Positions 1-8,730 of a stretch of 38,470 nucleotides of DNA are shown piece after piece (the stretch's first letter is position 1; each line of letters starts with the position of its first letter). Position numbers and translations under genes: made by a program. The notes beneath the pieces are model-generated. The model saw nothing but the letters and a program-made list of their open reading frames with translations. It had not been told where the DNA came from and made no database searches. The stretch spans positions 1 through 38,470 of the forward strand of contig JANOMH010000623.1 of NCBI GenBank assembly GCA_031420215.1, read 5' to 3'. The stretch is from Rhodobacterales bacterium (GTDB lineage Bacteria > Pseudomonadota > Alphaproteobacteria > Rhodobacterales > Rhodobacteraceae).

Positions 1-207
1 CAGATCAACGCCGCCCTGTGGGTGATTGAGGATGACATTCGCGAATGCGAATCCCGCTCCGACTTTGGCCCCGATTTCATCCGGCTGGCCCGCGCCGTCT
101 ATGTCACCAATGACCAGCGGGCGGCGGTCAAGAAACAGATCAACCTGCACCTTGGCTCGGCCATCATCGAAGAAAAATCCTATAACGAGCACGGGCAAAA
201 ACCATGA
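1..207 (+). CDS. DUF6165-like protein, C-terminal fragment (5' end outside window)
   Basis: Frame 1 is open from base 1 (QINAALWVIEDDIRECESRSDFGPDFIRLARAVYVTNDQRAAVKKQIN...), with stop TGA at 205-207. The IEDxIR...FGPxFIxLARxVY pattern matches my recollection of DUF6165 proteins, which often precede FkbM methyltransferases. ATGA overlap with the next gene. Confidence 0.5.
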   Translation, partial: QINAALWVIEDDIRECESRSDFGPDFIRLARAVYVTNDQRAAVKKQINLHLGSAIIEEKSYNEHGQKP

Positions 208-968
208 CACCTGACGACCACATCGCCACCGCCCGCCGCGAATTGGCCACCGCACAGGCCGAGATTGCGCAGATGCTGGACCAGGACAAGACCCGTCGTC
301 GTGGTGGGCTGGTCCGCCGGTTGCACGAAATCCGGCAGATGGTGGACCGGAACTATGCCTATTCATCCCAGGCCGGGCAGGACACGGTGATTGACCGGCT
401 ACTGAATGGCAAGCGCGAGGGCACGTTTATCGATGTCGGCGGCTATGATGGCACCTCTGGGTCGAACACGTTTTTTCTGGAACAATGGCGCGGCTGGACC
501 GGAGTCCTTGTTGAACCGGTGCCGTCGCAACAGGCCAAAGCGCAACTGGTGCGCCGTTGCCCCTGTCTGGGGCTGGCCGTAGCCGCAAGCGACGGTGATG
601 CCGATTTTCTGGAGGTAACCGAAGGCTTTACCCAGATGAGCGGGCTTGCCCAAAGTTATGACCCCGCTTTGCTGGCACAAGTGCGCGACGATCCCCGGCA
701 CAAGGAACGGACCTTGCGCGTGCAGACCCGGTCCCTGTCGCGCATCCTGACCGAAGCGGGCATTCCCGACCCCGATTTCATCAGTCTGGATATCGAAGGG
801 GGCGAAGCTGCCGTTCTGGCCGCATTTCCGTTCATGTTGCACCGGGTTGGTTTCTGGGCGATCGAGAATAACTCGGGCGGCCCCGAGATTGCGACAATCA
901 TGCGCGACAACGGCTATGACCTGATCGAATTCTGCGGGCCTGACGAGATTTTCCGCCGACGGGGATAG
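204..968 (+). CDS. FkbM-family SAM-dependent methyltransferase with N-terminal coiled-coil extension
   Basis: 254-aa ORF. Glycine-rich SAM-binding motif FIDVGGYDGTSGSNTFFLE followed by GVLVEP, and a later ISLDIEGGE motif, as in Methyltransf_21/FkbM proteins. Start overlaps the upstream stop (ATGA at 204-207). Confidence 0.75.
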   Translation: MTPDDHIATARRELATAQAEIAQMLDQDKTRRRGGLVRRLHEIRQMVDRNYAYSSQAGQDTVIDRLLNGKREGTFIDVGGYDGTSGSNTFFLEQWRGWTGVLVEPVPSQQAKAQLVRRCPCLGLAVAASDGDADFLEVTEGFTQMSGLAQSYDPALLAQVRDDPRHKERTLRVQTRSLSRILTEAGIPDPDFISLDIEGGEAAVLAAFPFMLHRVGFWAIENNSGGPEIATIMRDNGYDLIEFCGPDEIFRRRG

Positions 969-1022
969 CCGTAAACCATTCAGAAACCACTCCCGCAGTT
1001 CCCCGGCCCAATCCGGCAATCA

Positions 1023-1038
1023 TTAAGCCTGTGTTCAC
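1023..1038 (+). promoter_or_regulatory. CtrA-box-like motif TTAA-GCCTGTG-TTCAC upstream of motB
   Basis: One mismatch to the Caulobacter-type CtrA consensus TTAA-N7-TTAAC. Lies 49 bp upstream of the motB ATG. Pattern match only. Confidence 0.25.
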
Positions 1039-1086
1039 GTCCGCGCTGCTAGCAAGGACATGGGTGAACGAAATGGGTGGTGAGAA

Positions 1087-1914
1087 ATGGGAACGCATGC
1101 CAATGCGCCTGTGATTATTAAGCGCAAGAAAGTTATCGCCGGGGGTGGGCACCATGGCGGTGCCTGGAAGGTTGCCTATGCGGATTTCGTGACCGCGATG
1201 ATGGCTTTCTTTCTGCTGATGTGGCTGCTGAACGCCACGACCGAAAAGCAACGCAAAGGGATCTCCGACTACTTCGCCCCGACCATTCCGGTGGCGCGCG
1301 TGTCCGGCGGTGGTGACGGCATGTTTGGCGGCGACAGCATGCTGTCAGATATGTCGCAACTGCGCGATGCCTCGGGTTTGCCAGACGGCATCCCCGGGCC
1401 CGAAACCGTAGCCATGTCCGAAGCAGCGACGGCGGCCGCGGCCGAGGTGGCGACCTTGCGCGATATCGAAGAATCGTTGCTGGGTATTGGTGGCGAAAGC
1501 CTGCTCAGCCAAGAGGCTTTGCGCCATGTCATCACCCGCCTGACCGATGAAGGCCTGGTGATCGAGATTTTTTCCACCCCCGATGCGCCAATGTTTCTGC
1601 ATGATACGACAACCCCCCTGCCGGTGACGGTGGAACTGGTGAAAATGATTGCGCGCATTTCGGCGATTGTGACCAACCCTGTGGCCGTGGCCGGGCACCT
1701 GCCGTCGCGCCCTTCGGTCATTATCGACAACCCCAATTGGGACCTGTCCAGTGACCGGGCCATGGCCATCAGGCTATTGTTGGAATCCGGCGGGCTAGGC
1801 CCTGACCGCATTCAACGGGTCACCGGCTTTGCAGACCGGGAATTGGTCGACCCCAACCCGATGGCCGTGCGCAATGACCGGATCGAAATTACCCTGCTGC
1901 GCACGAATTTCTGA
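1087..1914 (+). CDS. motB: flagellar motor stator protein MotB
   Basis: 275 aa. N-terminal HGGAWKVAYADFVTAMMAFFLLMWLL (MotB TM helix with the conserved Asp). C-terminal OmpA-like peptidoglycan-binding domain ending NDRIEITLL. Confidence 0.85.
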   Translation: MGTHANAPVIIKRKKVIAGGGHHGGAWKVAYADFVTAMMAFFLLMWLLNATTEKQRKGISDYFAPTIPVARVSGGGDGMFGGDSMLSDMSQLRDASGLPDGIPGPETVAMSEAATAAAAEVATLRDIEESLLGIGGESLLSQEALRHVITRLTDEGLVIEIFSTPDAPMFLHDTTTPLPVTVELVKMIARISAIVTNPVAVAGHLPSRPSVIIDNPNWDLSSDRAMAIRLLLESGGLGPDRIQRVTGFADRELVDPNPMAVRNDRIEITLLRTNF

Positions 1915-1949
1915 TTGGGGCACGGGGAAATTACGCTGCATTTGATCCA

Positions 1950-1965
1950 TTAGGCCGACGTTAAG
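1950..1965 (+). promoter_or_regulatory. CtrA-box-like motif TTAG-GCCGACG-TTAAG upstream of flgE
   Basis: Two mismatches to TTAA-N7-TTAAC. Lies 58 bp upstream of the flgE ATG. Its spacer starts GCC, like the motif at 1023. Pattern match only. Confidence 0.2.
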
Positions 1966-2022
1966 CCAGAGCGCGTAGGTCTAAGGGGACAGTCGTGTTT
2001 TCCAGACCCAGAAAGGCTCTCC

Positions 2023-3324
2023 ATGACAATTTCGTCTTCTCTTAATGCCAGCGTGGCGGGCCTGTCGGCCAATGCCAGCAGGCTCGCCACGATTTCCGAC
2101 AATATCGCTAACTCGTCGACCTTTGGCTACAAGCGGGCAGTTACCGACTTCCATTCGATGGTGATCGACAGTGGTCGCGGCACCTATTCGGCCGGAGGGG
2201 TGCGCACCACAACGCAACGGCTGATTGATGAACGCGGCCCCATGCTGTCAACGTCGAATGCAACCGACCTTGCGGTGCGGGGGCGGGGATTTCTGCCTGT
2301 CACGCGTGAGGTTGAGGTTAACTTAGGGGCCTCAGACTCCAGTTTGTTGCTGACCACGACCGGGTCATTCAGGCCGGACGAGAATGGGTATCTGCGCACC
2401 TCCAGCGGGTTGATCCTGATGGGCTGGCCTGCTGATTCTAGTGGCACCGTCCCGACATTTCCACGGGATACCCGTGTGGGTCTGGAACCGATCCGGCTGA
2501 ACACCAATCAATTCATCGGTGAACCGACTACCGCAATGAACCTGGCGATGAACCTGCCCGCCACTGATACCGAGGCGGGGGCAGATGGCGATCCACGGGC
2601 CCTGTCCATCGAATATTTCGACAATCTGGGCAAATCGCAGCGGCTATCAGTGTCTTTTGCACCGACCGTGCCTGTAACCGGCGAGTCAAACGAGTGGACG
2701 ATTACCTTGACCGATGGTGCCACGGGTGGAACCGTTGTGGGCGAATATACCGTCACTTTCGACGACACGCGGGGGGCTGGTGGCACGCTGCTATCCGTCA
2801 CCAATACCACCGGTGGCGCTTACAATCCGACAACCGGCACCTTTCAGATCAACGTGGCTGGCGGCCCAATTGATGTCAAACTGGGCGAACTCGGCGCGCC
2901 GGATGGGATTACCCAGCTGTCAGACGCCTTTGCGCCTGTCAATATCACCAAGAACGGCTCGCCCGCCGGGAACCTGACTTCGGTTGAAATTGATCCCAAT
3001 GGCTATGTCCACGCATCCTATGATGTTGGCATTTCACGGGTAATTTTTCAGGTGCCGCTGGTCGATGTGCCCAACCAAAACGGGCTGAAATCCATGGACA
3101 ATGAAACCTATGGGATCACACCCGATTCGGGTTCGTTCTTTTTGTGGGACGCAGGCGATGGGCCAACCGGCGATGTGATCAGCTATGCCCAAGAAGAATC
3201 CTCGACCGATGTGGCAGGTGAACTGACCAGCCTGATCCAAACCCAGCGGGCCTATTCGTCGAATGCCAAAGTCATCCAGACTGTCGATGAAATGCTGCAA
3301 GAAACCACCAATATCAAACGCTAA
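2023..3324 (+). CDS. flgE: flagellar hook protein FlgE
   Basis: 433 aa. N-terminal LNASVAGLSANASRLATISDNIANSSTFGYKR (flagellar rod/hook N-domain). C-terminal LTSLIQTQRAYSSNAKVIQTVDEMLQETTNI. Confidence 0.9.
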   Translation: MTISSSLNASVAGLSANASRLATISDNIANSSTFGYKRAVTDFHSMVIDSGRGTYSAGGVRTTTQRLIDERGPMLSTSNATDLAVRGRGFLPVTREVEVNLGASDSSLLLTTTGSFRPDENGYLRTSSGLILMGWPADSSGTVPTFPRDTRVGLEPIRLNTNQFIGEPTTAMNLAMNLPATDTEAGADGDPRALSIEYFDNLGKSQRLSVSFAPTVPVTGESNEWTITLTDGATGGTVVGEYTVTFDDTRGAGGTLLSVTNTTGGAYNPTTGTFQINVAGGPIDVKLGELGAPDGITQLSDAFAPVNITKNGSPAGNLTSVEIDPNGYVHASYDVGISRVIFQVPLVDVPNQNGLKSMDNETYGITPDSGSFFLWDAGDGPTGDVISYAQEESSTDVAGELTSLIQTQRAYSSNAKVIQTVDEMLQETTNIKR

Positions 3325-3355
3325 TCCGACCCCGGCCCACGAAGGAGCCTGACAC

Positions 3356-4804
3356 ATGAGCATCTCGCAATCGCTATCCAATGCCCTGACGGGCCTGACC
3401 GCAGCCTCGCGGATGGCCGAAGTTGTGTCGTCCAACCTTTCCAATGCGCTGACCGATGGCTATGGCCGCCGCAGCGTCGATCTGTCATCACAATCCGTTG
3501 GCGGGCGTGGGGCGGGGGTGCAGATTGATGGCATCACCCGCCATGTGGACCGGGGGATATTGGGCGACCGGCGGCTGGCTGATGCCGCAATGGCGGGCCA
3601 ACAGTCAATGCTCAGCACGCTTGGCCGGGTCGAAACCACGGTCGGCGCGGTGGGGGCTGCCAATGGACTTGCGGCCCGGTTGGCCAGTCTGGAACAGGCC
3701 CTGACATCCGTGGCAGGCGATCCATCCTCGGAAGTGCGGCAAAGCAATGTCGTCAGCCGCTTGCACGGCGTGACCCAGGCCTTGCAGGACAATGCCGCAG
3801 GGATCAGGGGCTTGCGACAAGAGGCCGAGGATAGCATCAGCACCCAAATCCAGACGCTGAACACATCGCTCAAGCAGGTGGAATCCCTGAACCGGGATAT
3901 CATGATGGCGCGAAACTCGGGCGGCGATGCCACCGCTCTGATGGACCAACGGCAAGTCGTGATCGACAAAATCTCTGGCATTGTGCCGGTTCGGGAACTT
4001 CCACGCAGCAATGGAACGGTGGCCGTGATGACCGCGTCTGGTCAGATGTTGGTCGATGGCCCGGTGCTGCAGTTTGGCTTTACCTCCGCCAATTATGTGA
4101 CGCCAGACATGACGAAGGCGTCTGGCGGGCTGCGCGGCATCACGCTGGATGGCGTGCCGCTGGCCGGATCAACCGGCTTTGGCCGGCTTGACGGCGGCGG
4201 ACTTGCGGCGGCCTTTACTCTGCGCGACGACACATTGGTCGGGGCGCAGGCGGGGGTAGATGCGGTCGCGCGTGACCTGATCGACCGCTTTGCTGACCCC
4301 GCCACTGACCCGACCTTGACAGGTGGCATGGCCGGATTGCTGACCGATGCCGGGGCTGGCTTTGATCCGCTGGACGAGGTCGGATTGTCCGGCCGTATCC
4401 GGGTCAATGCCGCTGTCGATCCGGCGCAGGGCGGTGCTTTGTGGCGTATCCGCGACGGTGTGAATGCCGCAATTGCCGGACCTGCCGGCGATGGCAGTCA
4501 GATTGACCGATGGCTTGATGCCCTGAATGATCCACGCTCGCTTGCCTCTGGCGGGGCGGCCCGTTCTGCCGCCGGGCATATTTCGGCTTTGGTGTCCAGC
4601 ATTGGTGGCCAGCGCCTCGCCGCTGAAGAAGACCTGAGCTTTGATACGGCGCGGTGGGACAGCCTGCATCAGGCGGAACTGAGCGACGGGGTCGACAGTG
4701 ACCACGAATTGCAGATGCTGATGCAGATCGAGCAGGCCTATGCGGCGAACGCCAAAGTCATGCAGACCGTTCAATCCATGATCCAGACCCTGATGGAGAT
4801 TTAA
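3356..4804 (+). CDS. flgK: flagellar hook-associated protein 1 FlgK
   Basis: 482 aa. N-terminal SNALTGLTAASRMAEVVSSNLSNALTDGYGRR and C-terminal MLMQIEQAYAANAKVMQTVQSMIQTLMEI. SD GAAGGAG upstream. Sits between flgE and flgL. Confidence 0.85.
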   Translation: MSISQSLSNALTGLTAASRMAEVVSSNLSNALTDGYGRRSVDLSSQSVGGRGAGVQIDGITRHVDRGILGDRRLADAAMAGQQSMLSTLGRVETTVGAVGAANGLAARLASLEQALTSVAGDPSSEVRQSNVVSRLHGVTQALQDNAAGIRGLRQEAEDSISTQIQTLNTSLKQVESLNRDIMMARNSGGDATALMDQRQVVIDKISGIVPVRELPRSNGTVAVMTASGQMLVDGPVLQFGFTSANYVTPDMTKASGGLRGITLDGVPLAGSTGFGRLDGGGLAAAFTLRDDTLVGAQAGVDAVARDLIDRFADPATDPTLTGGMAGLLTDAGAGFDPLDEVGLSGRIRVNAAVDPAQGGALWRIRDGVNAAIAGPAGDGSQIDRWLDALNDPRSLASGGAARSAAGHISALVSSIGGQRLAAEEDLSFDTARWDSLHQAELSDGVDSDHELQMLMQIEQAYAANAKVMQTVQSMIQTLMEI

Positions 4805-4807
4805 GCC

Positions 4808-5815
4808 ATGTCTTTGACATCCATTGGCGATCGGTCGCTGCAATTCAATTCGATGCGGGCGACCACGCAAATCAAGACCCGGTTGTCGATCCTGACGGAC
4901 GAAATGAGCAGCGGTCTGGCGCATGACCTGACCGCCCATCTGCGCGGTGACGCCGCCCGACTGACTGATGTCGACCGGCGGCTGAACCTGATCACCGGCT
5001 TTTCCAGCACCGCGCATGAAGCGGGGCAGACCATTGCGGCGATGCAAACCACCTTGCAAGGGGTCGACAAGGCCCGCTCCAAACTGGCCGAACAGCTGGT
5101 TACCTTGCCCACCGGGGCACTGCCATCACATATTGCCAATGCTATTGGGGCAGGACGCGAGGCATTTGACAGCATTACCCGTGCCGTCAATACCACTTTG
5201 GGCAATCGCAGCCTGTTTGCAGGAACGGCGACTGACACCATTCCGCTGGCCGACCCTGATGCGATGATGGCCTCACTCAGCAGTGCCCTCGCCGGATCGG
5301 TCACGTTGAATGACGTGCAAACCGCGATTGATACCTGGTTTGACAATCCGACCGGGGGGTTTGCGACGATGGGGTATCAGGGCGATACCGGCCCTGCCAT
5401 GTCGCGCCGGATCGACATGGATACGTCCGTTGCAATTGACGGCCGCGCCGATGACCCCGCACTCCGCAGTCTGTTGAAAGCAGCGGCGACGGCTGCATTG
5501 GCGGGGGATCCCGGGCTTGGCCTGTCGGATGACATCAAATCAAACCTCCTGCGCAGCGCCGGGTTGCAAATGCTGACGGCGGCTCAGCCCTTGGTCAATA
5601 TGCAGGCCCGCCTTGGCCTGTCCGAGGCAACGATCGAGGAAACTACCGTCCGACACACAGCGCAAAAAACCGCATATGGACTGATGCGCAACGATCTGGT
5701 GTCCGCTGATCCTTATGACACTGCCGCTGAACTGGAGCAGGTCCAGCGCCAGCTTGAAACGCATTACACATTGACAGCCCGTCTGTCGAAACTTTCATTT
5801 GTGGAGTATATCTGA
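4808..5815 (+). CDS. flgL: flagellar hook-associated protein 3 FlgL
   Basis: 335 aa with flagellin-like N- and C-terminal helical segments (C-terminal ELEQVQRQLETHYTLTARLSKLSFVEYI). Starts 3 nt after the flgK stop, in the usual flgK-flgL order. Confidence 0.75.
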   Translation: MSLTSIGDRSLQFNSMRATTQIKTRLSILTDEMSSGLAHDLTAHLRGDAARLTDVDRRLNLITGFSSTAHEAGQTIAAMQTTLQGVDKARSKLAEQLVTLPTGALPSHIANAIGAGREAFDSITRAVNTTLGNRSLFAGTATDTIPLADPDAMMASLSSALAGSVTLNDVQTAIDTWFDNPTGGFATMGYQGDTGPAMSRRIDMDTSVAIDGRADDPALRSLLKAAATAALAGDPGLGLSDDIKSNLLRSAGLQMLTAAQPLVNMQARLGLSEATIEETTVRHTAQKTAYGLMRNDLVSADPYDTAAELEQVQRQLETHYTLTARLSKLSFVEYI

Positions 5816-6934
5816 GTGCGGTTTTTGGCCCCGACGATCCTCGCGCCCCTGCTTTTCGGCCTGGGGCTATGGGGCACGACTGCCCTGTCCTCACCAATCC
5901 GGCTGAAAGATCTGGTTGAGTTTGACGGTGTGCGGTCGAATGATCTGGTGGGGTATGGTCTGGTTGTGGGTCTGAACGGCACTGGCGACGGGCTGCGCAA
6001 TTCACCCTTTACCGAAGAGATCATGACCAACATCCTGGAACGGCTGGGCGTCAATGTGACCGGCGAACAGTTCCGACCGCGCAATGTGGCCGCCGTTCTG
6101 GTCACTGCAAGTCTGCCACCGTTTTCGCGCGCGGGCAGCCCGATAGACATCACGGTTTCAGCGATCGGGGACGCCACCAGCCTGCTCGGCGGCACGCTGG
6201 TGATGACCCCGCTGAATGCCGCAGACGGAGAGATTTACGCTGTGGCCCAGGGCACGATCATTGCGGGTGGCGTAACGGCAAGCGGCGATGCAGCGACTGT
6301 GACCCAAGGGGTTCCGACCGCAGGTGTCATTCCCTCCGGTGCCACCGTCGAACGCGAGGTTGATTTTGATTTCGGCAGTCTGACCAGCGTCCGCCTCGCC
6401 CTGCGCACCCCGGATTTCACCACTGCCGGGCGGATCGAAGCAGCGATCAATGATGATTTCGGCCGTCAGGTCGCGGTCATGCTCGATGCCGGAACGGTCG
6501 AGCTGAACATCAACGCGACGCGGATGCCGTCGCCCGCCCATGCCTTGGGGCGGATCGAGAATATTTTGGTTGAACCCGAGATTCGGGCCCGCGTGGTTGT
6601 TGATCAACGGTCTGGGACAATTGTGATGGGAGAAGATGTGCGGATCAGCCGTGTCGCGGTCAGTCAGGGCAACCTGACCCTGCGGATCGAGGAAGAACCG
6701 CTGGTGGTGCAGCCGAACCCGTTTTCCGATGGTGAAACGGTCGTGGTTCCCCGCACCACCGCGAGCATCCAACAGAATCCCGGAATTGGTCTGGCGGAAA
6801 TCCGCGAGGGAACCTCACTCAGCCAGGTGATAGCCGGACTGAACGCACTGGGCGTCGCCCCGCATGACATGATCGACATCCTCAAAAGCATTAAGGCCGC
6901 CGGCGCGCTGCATGCCGAGTTCATTGTCCGCTGA
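5816..6934 (+). CDS. flgI: flagellar P-ring protein FlgI
   Basis: 372 aa. Signal peptide followed by IRLKDLVEFDGVRSNDLVGYGLVVGLNGTGD. C-terminal LNALGVAPHDMIDILKSIKAAGALHAEFIV. GTG start directly abuts the flgL TGA. Confidence 0.9.
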   Translation: MRFLAPTILAPLLFGLGLWGTTALSSPIRLKDLVEFDGVRSNDLVGYGLVVGLNGTGDGLRNSPFTEEIMTNILERLGVNVTGEQFRPRNVAAVLVTASLPPFSRAGSPIDITVSAIGDATSLLGGTLVMTPLNAADGEIYAVAQGTIIAGGVTASGDAATVTQGVPTAGVIPSGATVEREVDFDFGSLTSVRLALRTPDFTTAGRIEAAINDDFGRQVAVMLDAGTVELNINATRMPSPAHALGRIENILVEPEIRARVVVDQRSGTIVMGEDVRISRVAVSQGNLTLRIEEEPLVVQPNPFSDGETVVVPRTTASIQQNPGIGLAEIREGTSLSQVIAGLNALGVAPHDMIDILKSIKAAGALHAEFIVR

Positions 6935-6945
6935 CTCAGTCAGCG
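6927..6945 (+). terminator. perfect 8-bp hairpin (CCGCTGAC-tca-GTCAGCGG) overlapping the flgI stop codon
   Basis: Inverted repeat read directly from the sequence. It is followed by TT but has no real T-tract. Confidence 0.35.
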
Positions 6946-7062
6946 GTTACATCCGCAAGGTTTCAGAGGTCCAACGACCAATGCAACCCTCTGTTGGTCG
7001 TATCAGAAACCTGCCGCAACGGGTGTATGATTTCGAGGCTTGTGAGATTGCCAAAGTCGCGA

Positions 7063-7083
7063 CCTGTGGCGCCGGCCCACAGG
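7063..7083 (-). terminator. 7-bp hairpin (CCTGTGG-cgccggc-CCACAGG) downstream of fliP
   Basis: Inverted repeat in the convergent flgI/fliP gap, about 50 nt past the fliP stop on the minus strand. No strong U-tract. Confidence 0.3.
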
Positions 7084-7129
7084 CCACCAGACACAATCAA
7101 CGACGGCCTGATCAGTCGGCCAGTTGCGC

Positions 7130-7858
7130 CTAAAAGTAACTGCGTACAAGACTGCCTGCGATCAGGCTCCAGCCATCGGCCACGACGAAAAATGCGAGTT
7201 TGAACGGCAAAGACACAATTGCCGGTGGCACCATCATCATCCCCATCGACATCAACACTGCCGCGACCACCAGATCAATGATCAGGAAAGGCAGAAAAAT
7301 CAGAAAACCAATCTGAAAGGCCCGCGAAATCTCGCTGAGCAGGAAAGACGGGACCATGACAGAAAGCGGCGCATCGATAATGGGTGTGTCCGGTGCAAGT
7401 TCCGGCCGCAAAGTGGCCAAAGCCTCGAATGTATCAGGCTCGATCCGCCCGGTCATGAAGGTCCGGAAAGGCCCGATCGCTTTGATAAAAGCTTCGTCCA
7501 GCGGCATGCCACTGTTCATCGCAGGCTCAATCCCGGCAGTCCAGGACGCGGTAAAAACCGGTTCCATGACGAAATAAGTCAGGAACAGTGCCAGCGACAC
7601 CATCAGCATATTGGGCGGCGATTGCTGCAATCCGATGGCCTGCCGCAGGATCGCCAGCACGGTGACGATATAGGGAAAACAGGTGATCATGATCAACAGG
7701 CCGGGGACCAGGCTGAGAATGGTGACAAGCAGGATCAATTGAACTGATCGGGTCGCCAGAGAGCCGTCGTTGCCCAGAGAAATCGACAGATCCTGTGCGG
7801 TTGCAGGGCCGGTCAGACAGACGAGCAACAACAGCCCAATCCAGAAAAGGCGTCCCAC
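7130..7858 (-). CDS. fliP: flagellar export gate protein FliP
   Basis: 242 aa. Signal peptide, then VTILSLVPGLLIMITCFPYIVTVLAILRQAIGLQQSPPNMLMVSLALFLTYFVMEPV and MGMMMVPP. Confidence 0.9.
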   Translation of the reverse strand: MGRLFWIGLLLLVCLTGPATAQDLSISLGNDGSLATRSVQLILLVTILSLVPGLLIMITCFPYIVTVLAILRQAIGLQQSPPNMLMVSLALFLTYFVMEPVFTASWTAGIEPAMNSGMPLDEAFIKAIGPFRTFMTGRIEPDTFEALATLRPELAPDTPIIDAPLSVMVPSFLLSEISRAFQIGFLIFLPFLIIDLVVAAVLMSMGMMMVPPAIVSLPFKLAFFVVADGWSLIAGSLVRSYF

Positions 7859-7861
7859 CCG

Positions 7862-8158
7862 TTAACTCAGATCTTGTTTGAGCGTAATGACTTCGGTCAG
7901 CCGGACAGCAAGTTGCCCAACCTCACCACCTTCCATCTCTTGCAACTCGCCGCGCGCGATCAGCCGGTCACCGATATAGAGTTCCACCGGGTCATCAATC
8001 CGCCGGTCCAACACCAATACGGCATTCTCGCCCAACGCCAGCAATTCGCGCACCGAAGGGCGGGCGCGGCCGACAGATATGGTGATTTCAATCGGGACCG
8101 ACTGAAAAGGATGACCGTCCAAACTGTCAGAACTTGCAGAGACTCTAGCGTCATCCAT
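7862..8158 (-). CDS. fliN: flagellar motor switch protein FliN
   Basis: 98 aa with a SpoA/FliN domain: VPIEITISVGRARPSVRELLALGENAVLVLDRRIDDPVELYIGDRLIARGELQEM. Confidence 0.85.
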   Translation of the reverse strand: MDDARVSASSDSLDGHPFQSVPIEITISVGRARPSVRELLALGENAVLVLDRRIDDPVELYIGDRLIARGELQEMEGGEVGQLAVRLTEVITLKQDLS

Positions 8159-8729
8159 AGGTTACCCTCTCATCAATGCTTTCGAAGATTGCGCCAAGGG
8201 CGGTTTGCGCGCCCGCTATAATCGCCCCGATATCCAATGCCGTTTCGGCCCGGCCGGACCGCAAAACGGCCTGATCAAGCCCAATGGCCGGATCCGCAAC
8301 CAGCATGACCGGCAAACCCACCGCATAGGGCAAGAGTGCGGTAAGTGCTTCGATCCGCTTGGGATGCACCGACAGTTCCACCGGCAAAGCACTGTCCTGG
8401 GCCGCAGCATCGTTCAACAGGCCGGTCAGATGCGACGCAATTGCAACCTCCGTCATCTGCGGCAAAACCCGGTTGATCAGCGCACCGAACAAGGGTTTGA
8501 GCCCATGCAAGACATGCGCCCGCGCTTCTGCATAGCCAAAGGCCATGTCCGCAAAACTTTGCGCAATATCTGCGGTGAGTGCTTCTTGCGCCGCCACCGC
8601 CAGTGCTTGCCCTTCGGACAGGCCAATTGCGTATCCATCCTGCCAGTCCCGGTTTGGGGCTGCGTTTGTCTCGGAAATGGCCGGGACATCGCCCGTGTCA
8701 AAGCACTCCAGCATCGGTGATCGCCCCAT
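8151..8729 (-). CDS. fliH: probable flagellar export ATPase regulator FliH
   Basis: 192 aa between fliF and fliN. Has a QDGYAIGLSEGQALA motif (FliH-like GYxxGxxxG) and a C-terminal VMLVADPAIGLDQAVLRSGRAETALDIG segment resembling the FliH C-domain. Overlaps fliN by 8 nt. Assigned from memory and position. Confidence 0.55.
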   Translation of the reverse strand: MGRSPMLECFDTGDVPAISETNAAPNRDWQDGYAIGLSEGQALAVAAQEALTADIAQSFADMAFGYAEARAHVLHGLKPLFGALINRVLPQMTEVAIASHLTGLLNDAAAQDSALPVELSVHPKRIEALTALLPYAVGLPVMLVADPAIGLDQAVLRSGRAETALDIGAIIAGAQTALGAIFESIDERVTYG

Positions 8730-8730
8730 C

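Noticed and set aside
1916-1940. Sigma-54-like element (TGGGGCACGG...) between motB and flgE
   Set aside because: A good GGCAC (-24-like) element is present. No TTGC/GC element lies at the required 10-nt spacing; the sequence there is AATT. It is therefore not a credible RpoN promoter.
4169-5059. 296-aa minus-strand ORF antisense to flgK/flgL
   Set aside because: It lies entirely inside well-supported flagellar genes on the other strand. The product is Arg/Gly/Pro/Gln-rich and of low complexity. This is a typical shadow ORF of a GC-rich genome.
7124-7747. 207-aa plus-strand His/Arg/Gln/Asp-rich ORF (HHHHPHRHQH...) that briefly looked like a metal-binding protein
   Set aside because: It is exactly antisense to fliP. 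The unusual composition is simply the reverse-complement reading of a hydrophobic membrane-protein gene.
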